DNA from: Candidatus Rifleibacteriota bacterium
Lineage (GTDB): Bacteria; Muiribacteriota; Ozemobacteria; Ozemobacterales; Ozemobacteraceae
Direction of reading: 5' to 3'
Assembly (NCBI GenBank): GCA_051747585.1
Contig: JBNJGH010000113.1
Coordinates: 1-10,254, forward strand
DNA: 10,254 nt
How positions within the stretch are numbered: position 1 is the first letter of the stretch; every line of letters begins with the position of its first letter. The translations under genes were made by a program, and so were the position numbers. Positions 1 to 7,000 of the stretch are shown in pieces. The notes under the pieces are model-generated. The model did not search any database, was not told where the DNA came from, and saw nothing but the letters and a program-made list of their open reading frames with translations.

Positions 1-36
1 TTTTAATATTATTTAATTATAATGAAAAATGTACGA

Positions 37-1065
37 TTAAGGAACCTTTGAATGAGAATAACTGGCCTGGGGTGTAACAGGAACTACTCCCTGGGTGGCA
101 AAGTATTTAATTGCTCCGGGGTGTAGCATTTCCGAAATTGTTCCCTTGAAAGCCTGTTTCTTGCGAAAAATTAAATTGCCTTTGTTCTGAGCCGCAATTT
201 CTGATGAGTTCTGGTAAATTATCGATAATATTTTACCGGCGAACTTTGTGCTTATTTGATCGGTAGTGGCAAATAGTGCCCGCAGACCTATGGTTGAAAT
301 CTGGTTGGCCTGCCCCTCGTAGATTCCGGCCGGAATTTCTTCCTGGGAAAAATACGGATATTGTTGTACCAATCTTTTGCAGATCTTTGGCGGAATATTT
401 ACAAGTCTTAAATCAACTTTTTCGGCAAGGCGTAGAATTCCATCGGCGGGCAGTCCGCCTGTGTAATATACCGCATCTATATAACCATCTCGTAATGACT
501 CGGTTGATCTGGTGAAGCGTTCATATACCAGCTCGTAGTCATCGGAGTTCAGTCCGGCAGAGGTTAAAACCTCAACCGCATTTGCCGCACTTCCGCTTTC
601 TTTACTCCCTACCGAGATCTTGCAACCTTTCAGGTCCTCTATGGTTTTGATCTGGCTGTTTTTTTTGACCACAATTTGAACAACCTCAGAATAGAGTGAA
701 GCCAGAATTTTTAACTCACGAAACTTTTTATTTTTAAATATTCCGCTGCCTTTATAGGCTTGCCAAGCTGTGTCGCTTTGTACCAGACAAAAATCGATCT
801 GTTTGTTTTGCAGATAATTTAAATTTGCTACTGAACCGGCGGTGGGTTCTGCAACTACTACAATGTTGTCGATTTGACTGCTAAGGGTTCTTGCTATTGA
901 GTTGCCTACCGGATAATAGGTTCCGTTAATGGTGGCAGTTCCAATTGAGTAGAAACGTTTAATTAAATCAAGTTTGTAGTCTGCTGCAGATAATGCAAGA
1001 GTGCCTGAACAGAACAAAATTAATATCATAGCTTTTATTGAAAAATGTTTTAACAGCTTATTCAT
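37..1065 (-). CDS. TAXI-family TRAP transporter solute-binding protein (periplasmic, signal peptide)
   Basis: 342-aa ORF with an N-terminal signal-like segment (MNKLLKHFSIKAMILILFCSGTLALSA). It carries TAXI-type motifs SIGTATINGTYYPVG, EPTAGSVANL, LYSEVVQIVV, DLKGCKISVGSKESGS, IPAGIYEG and LHPGAIKYF. An AAGGA Shine-Dalgarno at 1075-1079 lies 9 nt before the ATG, which overlaps the upstream stop (ATGA, 1062-1065). Confidence 0.9.
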   Translation of the reverse strand: MNKLLKHFSIKAMILILFCSGTLALSAADYKLDLIKRFYSIGTATINGTYYPVGNSIARTLSSQIDNIVVVAEPTAGSVANLNYLQNKQIDFCLVQSDTAWQAYKGSGIFKNKKFRELKILASLYSEVVQIVVKKNSQIKTIEDLKGCKISVGSKESGSAANAVEVLTSAGLNSDDYELVYERFTRSTESLRDGYIDAVYYTGGLPADGILRLAEKVDLRLVNIPPKICKRLVQQYPYFSQEEIPAGIYEGQANQISTIGLRALFATTDQISTKFAGKILSIIYQNSSEIAAQNKGNLIFRKKQAFKGTISEMLHPGAIKYFATQGVVPVTPQASYSHSKVP

Positions 1066-3152
1066 TTTTTTTGTTCCTTTTCGCTTTGAGTTGTTCTGTT
1101 GCCGCCTTCCTGCCGGCTGGCCAATGCAGCTTTGTCTGCAATCTTAACCAGAGAGTCCGGAGTTTCAATAGTTTCGTCATATTCGGCAAGTCCGATGCTT
1201 ATGGTTAACTGAACACTTGCCTTGCCTCGTTTGAAGGTGCGAGCCGCAATACGTTCCCGCAGACGTTCGGCAAAAATCATGGCTTGTTGTGAATTGGTGT
1301 GGGCCAGAATTATTGCAAAATCATCGCCGGAATAGTGGCAGGGTATATCTGTTGCTCTGACAGAGTCTTTTAGAATTGTTGCAATTTCCCGCAAAATCGT
1401 TTCGGCAATATTTTTGTCGTGTTTTTCTTTGATTTCGCTGAAATTATCTATTTCTATTATCACTATGCTGAGCGGAAAAGAGAACCTTCGTGCTCGTTTA
1501 ATTTCGTCATCGAGTCTGATAAAGAAATATTTCTGAATATAAAGGCCGGTAAGACTGTTGGTAATAGTAAGCTCATGAAGACGGGCATTGTCAATTGACA
1601 TTGCCATCTGGGCGGCAATAGCCAACAATAGATCCAGGTCATCTTTGTTGAAGGGCTTGTCTATAGATCTGTCTGAAAGATTAACAACTCCAACGCAGGT
1701 GTTATGTACAGTTAATGGCACCGAAACGAGGGTTTGCGGTGGTTTGAAGCCATTGCTGTCGTCATAGTTTTTAAAGCGGTCGTCTTCGCCACAGTTCATG
1801 CTCAATACGGGGTTCCCGGTTGAGACGACTTCTCCGGCAATTCCTTCGCCGACTTCCAGTTCAAATTGTCCTCTGGAATCTGTTGAGCTTTCATTGTCGA
1901 TCTGCCCGCTTTGGCGGTAGCTTTCTACTCTGAGTTTGCTGTTATCTTCATTCAATAACATAAGCGAGCCTCGTTGGGCTTTGAAAATATCGATCAGGTG
2001 ACTCAGGCAGTCATCGAGCGCTTGCTGATATGTCGCTGAGGAATTGATGATTTGTGAAACCCGGTAAAGTGCCGTAAGCTCGAACACCTTGTTTCTGATT
2101 TTTCTTGCCATCTGGTTGAAGCAGCGTGCCAGAAAGCCCAGTTCATCATTGCGCTCTGCCTTCACTCTAACCTCTAAGTTCCCTTCGCTGAGCTCCCGGG
2201 CTTTTTCGGCAATGTCTATAACCGGTGATGTAAGTTTTATGCTGAGATAAGTGCCGAGAATCAGTGCCAGAATGGCTATCAGAATGACAAAATTCAGGGT
2301 TTTATTTTTGACTTTGCTGGCAAAAGCATAAACCTCACCCGCATTCTGAAAAACGAAGATTCTTAAATTATAATGAAGAATAGGCAGAGAAATTGCCAGT
2401 TGTGGCGGTACCGAATCGTTGAGCGGCAGGACATCATAGGCTCCACAAGGGCGCTGCATCAGATCCGAAATTAGCTCCTGGGGAAACTCTGGCTGATCCA
2501 GCAAATTTTCGCCCTCTTTTGTAACCAGATAATAATGAAAATTGGTACCAAAGGTTATTCCTTCGAGGGATTTTCGCAGTTTCAAAAAAGAGATGGTTGT
2601 AATTAAATTATAAGTCTGACTGGCTGTGATTACCGGTGCCTTTACCAGAAAGGCTTCTGGCGAAAACATTATTGTTTGATTTGAACCTGCCAATATCTTT
2701 TCAGGAATATTCAGGCCGGTTATAGCGTCAGAAACAGGTTTTGAATGTTGTAACAATGTTCCGTCGGGTTTGCATAAAACAATGCGGTTAACATATTCGT
2801 AAGACTGGTCAAGCTGCTTTAACGCTTCAGAAGCTTGCGGTGCTCCGGGCTCTTTTAACCGGGAATCATTGGCGAGAAATCGGGCGAGGTCTTCATACAT
2901 CGAAACGTATTGATCTACCTCGTATTTCACCTGTTGAAAGGCTTGAATATTGCTTTCAATCAAAAGATTTCTCGAAATGCCCGTAAGAACATCAAAAGAG
3001 TAGTAACCCACACTGAAAAGAGGAATAATAGTTAAAAATAATATTCCCAGCCAGGATTTGAATTTTATACTGCCCAGAAGAGAGACTCCGGTAATAGTTT
3101 CCCTCTTGCCCGAGCCTGTTTTATTCGAAGTGTTGTCTGTTGTGTCGTTCAT
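1062..3152 (-). CDS. Membrane sensor protein: TM - Cache-like extracytoplasmic domain - TM - HAMP - GAF - degenerate GGDEF (probable c-di-GMP receptor or inactive diguanylate cyclase)
   Basis: Two TM segments (WLGILFLTIIPLFSVGYYSF; FVILIAILALILGTYLSI), a HAMP (PVIDIAEKARELSEGNL...RNDELGFLARCFNQMA), a GAF (GEGIAGEVVSTG...SVPL...VGVVNL...PFNKDDLDLLLAIAAQMAMSIDNARL) and a GGDEF fold (LTGLY...EIDNF...RATD...SGDDF...TISIG...GGNR). I moved the start from the ORF track's TTG at 3167 to the ATG at 3152 because an AGGA SD (3159-3162) sits 6 nt upstream of that ATG. Confidence 0.88.
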   Translation of the reverse strand: MNDTTDNTSNKTGSGKRETITGVSLLGSIKFKSWLGILFLTIIPLFSVGYYSFDVLTGISRNLLIESNIQAFQQVKYEVDQYVSMYEDLARFLANDSRLKEPGAPQASEALKQLDQSYEYVNRIVLCKPDGTLLQHSKPVSDAITGLNIPEKILAGSNQTIMFSPEAFLVKAPVITASQTYNLITTISFLKLRKSLEGITFGTNFHYYLVTKEGENLLDQPEFPQELISDLMQRPCGAYDVLPLNDSVPPQLAISLPILHYNLRIFVFQNAGEVYAFASKVKNKTLNFVILIAILALILGTYLSIKLTSPVIDIAEKARELSEGNLEVRVKAERNDELGFLARCFNQMARKIRNKVFELTALYRVSQIINSSATYQQALDDCLSHLIDIFKAQRGSLMLLNEDNSKLRVESYRQSGQIDNESSTDSRGQFELEVGEGIAGEVVSTGNPVLSMNCGEDDRFKNYDDSNGFKPPQTLVSVPLTVHNTCVGVVNLSDRSIDKPFNKDDLDLLLAIAAQMAMSIDNARLHELTITNSLTGLYIQKYFFIRLDDEIKRARRFSFPLSIVIIEIDNFSEIKEKHDKNIAETILREIATILKDSVRATDIPCHYSGDDFAIILAHTNSQQAMIFAERLRERIAARTFKRGKASVQLTISIGLAEYDETIETPDSLVKIADKAALASRQEGGNRTTQSEKEQKK

Positions 3153-3191
3153 AAAAGTTCCTGCCAAAATATATCTGAATGCGTGTTTACC

Positions 3192-3220
3192 AGTTTAAAA
3201 AATTAACCCGATTAAGTAAA
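3192..3220 (-). promoter_or_regulatory. Candidate sigma70-type promoter for the GGDEF-TAXI gene pair
   Basis: On the minus strand, TTTACT (3215-3220) - 17 nt - TAAACT (3192-3197), about 40 nt upstream of the ATG at 3152, in the longest intergenic gap of the window. Each box matches consensus at 4/6, and the AT-rich context makes a chance match possible. Confidence 0.35.
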
Positions 3221-3264
3221 GCATTAACATTCTCAATCCAGTTAATCTTTATTGTTAAGACCAG

Positions 3265-3966
3265 CTATTTTTTATGCTTTTTGATCAGTTTCAGGAATCT
3301 GGCGGCAAATTCGGTGTCATGCCAGTGTTTAACCAGTATAGTTGCGGGCATGTTTTGATTTACATCTTTAAGCTGGTAAAATGCTCCGGATTCAAGCAAA
3401 AGCTCAGCGACTTCAAGATAGTTGCTGGTTTTGCTCAGGGCATAGGGGAATTCTTTTTTGTTTATTGTGCCTCTGGCGGCAAGATGTAAAGGAGTTTGCC
3501 AATAATGGTTCATACTGTTTACTTCGGCTCTGTGAATCAGTAAAAGTTTTACTGCTTTGCTGCATCCATTTGCAGCGGCTATGTGAATGGGAAAATTGCC
3601 TTCGTTATCTTGTGCCGTAACATCTGCTCTGCGCGACAGTAAGTATTTTATTATGCGGCAATGATTGTATAAAACTGCATAATGCAGGGGAGTATAGTTT
3701 TTTAGATTGTCGCTGGCATCTACTTTAGCGCCTTTGTTAACCAGAAAGTTGGCAAGTGCAAAGTTGCCGCTTTGTACTGCAAGCATTAAAGGGGTTCGGC
3801 CCAGCTCGTCTTTCATGGTAGCCAGGCGGGTATCGCGCTTGAGTTCTTTTTTTACCTGGAGAAAATTACCTTGAATGATAAGATCATGAAAGTCATTCCC
3901 GGAAAATGTTGCCGTAGTTATCAGCATAAAGACAATAGTTGCTGTTAGCTGTATAAAAGTTTTCAT
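3265..3966 (-). CDS. Secreted/periplasmic ankyrin-repeat protein (about 4 full repeats plus capping repeats)
   Basis: 233-aa ORF with repeats GRTPLMLAVQSGNFALANFLVNKGAKVDASD, NYTPLHYAVLYNHCRIIKYLLSRRADVTAQD, GNFPIHIAAANGCSKAVKLLLIHRAEVNSMN and WQTPLHLAA...YLEVAELLLESGA. The N-terminus MKTFIQLTATIVFMLITTATFS resembles a Sec signal peptide. Confidence 0.9.
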   Translation of the reverse strand: MKTFIQLTATIVFMLITTATFSGNDFHDLIIQGNFLQVKKELKRDTRLATMKDELGRTPLMLAVQSGNFALANFLVNKGAKVDASDNLKNYTPLHYAVLYNHCRIIKYLLSRRADVTAQDNEGNFPIHIAAANGCSKAVKLLLIHRAEVNSMNHYWQTPLHLAARGTINKKEFPYALSKTSNYLEVAELLLESGAFYQLKDVNQNMPATILVKHWHDTEFAARFLKLIKKHKK

Positions 3967-3984
3967 GATTTATTTAATTTATCA

Positions 3985-4004
3985 TTTCACTCTTGAGAAT
4001 GAAA
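3985..4004 (-). other. Short hairpin directly after the cyclase stop codon
   Basis: Minus-strand RNA UUUCAUUC-UCAA-GAGUGAAA forms an 8-bp AU-rich stem with one G-U pair and a 4-nt loop. No U-tract follows, so I do not call it a terminator. Confidence 0.3.
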
Positions 4005-4005
4005 G

Positions 4006-7000
4006 CTAACCTGTTGTGAAAAATATTTGATAAAGCTTAAGTGAAGCAGCTTTGCCTTTTAATTCTACTTCGCCGAAGCTTCGTAATTCGTAGTTTTTTT
4101 CTTTAAGATGCTCAACTGCAGATGCACTGATTAGAATTCTTTCGCGGGGCAGGTTCGAGCCCTTCATGCAAATCCTGGCGGCCGTATTTACCGTGTCACC
4201 TATAACGGTGAAATCTCTGTTACTGCCTGCACCCAGAAGACCTGCAAGAACCTCTCCGGTATGGATGCCAATGGTAAGCGGAAACTTCAGGTTTCCTGAC
4301 CGTTCAGAATTCCTGAGGGCTTGACTGGCGTTTAATGCGTCTTCGAGGCTTCTGGCAATGTTATCACCATTATAAAATACAGCCAGTACTTTTTCGCCCA
4401 TTAGTTTGTCTACATCGCCATTGTTATCGATTATAATTTTGCATATATGCTCTATTTGAAATTTTAGATCTTCTATTAATTCTTTTGAATCCATTGTTTC
4501 TATAAAAGTCGCAAAATGAGGAACCGCAATATACAAAGCGGCAATATTGAGTTTCATGCCTTTTTCTGCTTTTTGCAGACTGTCTTCATTGTCTGTTACT
4601 TTCCTTGCAGAGTTTGAAACCATTTTGCCCATTATTTCTTTTTCCTGCAGGCCCCTGGCCATTTCGTTGAAGGATTTTAAAAGCTCACCAAGCTCGTCAT
4701 TTCGTGATACAGGAAGCCGGACCCTGTAGTTTTGAAGCCTGATATTATGGGCGCCATTGGTTAAATGTCTGACAGGTGAAATAAAGTCATTGCCAAGAAG
4801 TATCGCTATAAAAATTATTGCCAGAACTGAAATTATCAAGACAAGCAGAAGAAATCTTCTGTTGGCTTCAACCTGATTTATGATTCTGTCTTCAGGTATC
4901 AAGCCTACCAGAACCATTACCTGGTTAAAGCTTCCCAGGCGGGCCTCTGCAATAAAACTTTCATTGCAGATGTTGGTTCGCATAGATATGGGAATTTTAT
5001 TGGTTACAGCCCAGCGGCTCAACCTTACCAGATCAGACACGTAAGCGCCCTCTCGCGGCTGCTTCTGTTCTCCATATATAACTCTTGATTCAGTAAAAAC
5101 AGCAAAGGGGCCACAATCATTTTTAAAAATTTTTCGTAACGATCCGTTGCGCCGATCTAACACCATCCAGTAAAAAAGCTTTAGGGGCTTTGTCAACTCA
5201 GGTGTGGGTATGATTCTTATAAGAGCTATGCCGGTGTGGGCAAAAATTTTAATTGGTATATCAAGCCCGTTGGTTAGTGCAAAATAAGCATCACTGCCAA
5301 AAAGGTTGCGGAATATTTTCAGTCCTGAGTCGTTAATCATTTCATTTTTAGCTGCCTGTGCCAGTTTTTTCTCTTCATTGGTAATCGTTTTGGTTCCAAG
5401 GTCAGAGAAATAGTTGCTAATAAAAGATTGTACAAATCTTTTGAAATCCGTAGTCTCTCTCCCGACGTCACTTGAGCTAAACATTCGTTGCCAGCAATGA
5501 TTGCTGAAAACAATCGCTTCATTAAATAAAACATTGCCTTTGGCCAGCCTTCTTATTTCTGTTTCGACTTTATTGATATTTTCTTTTGTAGCTATTTTAT
5601 CTGTTTGTTTTAAAATTTTGGTCAACGATGGGGCAGAGCACAATTTGTCGATTTCTTCCCAGTTTCTCGTCTCATAAAAAAATTGTCTTCTTTCAAGTTG
5701 TTCAAAATAGTTGATCAGTTCGATTCTTTTTTGCTCCACATTAATTTTTTTGCGGTCTATGGCATTCCATTCATTGACAAGATATACGGTAGTAATTGGA
5801 ACAATTGCAGCAGCAAGAAGTCCTGATCGAAGCTGCCAGGCAAAGCTGCTGCTGATATATTCCTGATAATATACAGACCTGTACCAGACAAGGCACAAAA
5901 AGAGGTAAATAATTGCGGGAATTATTACGGCATTAAAATAGTTCAGTTGCTTGGGAGTAAGCTTGTGAGCAGCGTATATTTTAAAACTTTTTCCGTTTAT
6001 TTTCTGGTTTTGCCTGATAATAAGCCAATCGTTACTTATTATTTCGGGCTTTCCCAGGATTGAATCGTTATAATTCAAGGGGAAGCCACTGCTTTTCTCT
6101 ATTTTATTTTCTTCATCAATTATGGCAAACTCAAGCCGATCATGTTTAATAATTTCTTTGATGATTTTAAGCAGATTCTTTTCGACATATTCGTTTTTAA
6201 TCGTAAGTAAAATAGCTCCGGCGGTAAACAGAACGTCTTTATAGTCTTGATTTTTTAAAACCTGCGCCAGCTCGTCGTCTTTTACATGCTTAAGGCTGAG
6301 ATTCGGATTTCTTATTAATATCGGTTGCCAGTAAAGATATTCAGAGATGTTATTTATAGAAACTCTAGTGGCACGCGCATGTAAATCGTTATATAAAAAT
6401 TCTGCATCTCTATGTACGCCAATCAATTTGGACAATTTTTCATCAAAATCTATAACGGAATCATAAGGCTTACCTATAAGTCTGGCCGTTAATTTTACCA
6501 ACAGCTCTCGGTAAAAAAATTCTTCCTTTTTTCCTTTATTCAGGACAATTTGCCAGCCTTTATCCGGAGCAAGTTGATCGGTGCCACCGGGCTTATGCAA
6601 TAAAACCAGCCGACTGGGCTTTACACCTGCTTGTTCAAGCACTTCAATCATCTGATCGGTTGATTTTTTCAGGTCAGCTTTGCTTACCCCTTTTTGGTCA
6701 TATTTCAACCTGTCGGCTATGGCATCTGCCTGTTGTTGTAAAAATTCTTCGATCAGAGCTCTCTGACTTAGAGCTTGAAACTTAATCATATTGTTGTTTA
6801 TTGTTGCAAGGATTTCCTGTTGCTTACTGTCATTGTCTTTTTCGACGCGCATATTGCAGCTGTAAAACCAGGTCAAGAATGGAATAAGCAGGCTTAAAAC
6901 TCCAACAATAAAAACAGCAGTTTTTATTTTAGGGATAAAGCTTTTTTTATAAAATTTTGAATTGTCTTTGTTCTTTTGCCGCTTTGCTTCAGGATAAACC

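Noticed and set aside
1..36. AT-rich end containing TATAAT (18-23, plus strand)
   Set aside because: It is truncated by the window edge and there is too little context to call a promoter or terminator.
3153..3167. TTG start at 3167 for the GGDEF gene
   Set aside because: The extra codons contain the AGGA SD positioned for the ATG at 3152, which is the better start.
3153..3264. c-di-GMP riboswitch or CRP-type site in the longest spacer
   Set aside because: I found no GEMM-like two-stem architecture and no TGTGA-N6-TCACA match by eye; the spacer is short and AT-rich.
3985..4004. Intergenic hairpins as Rho-independent terminators
   Set aside because: The stems are weak and neither this hairpin nor the one at 9983-10000 is followed by a U-tract on the coding strand.
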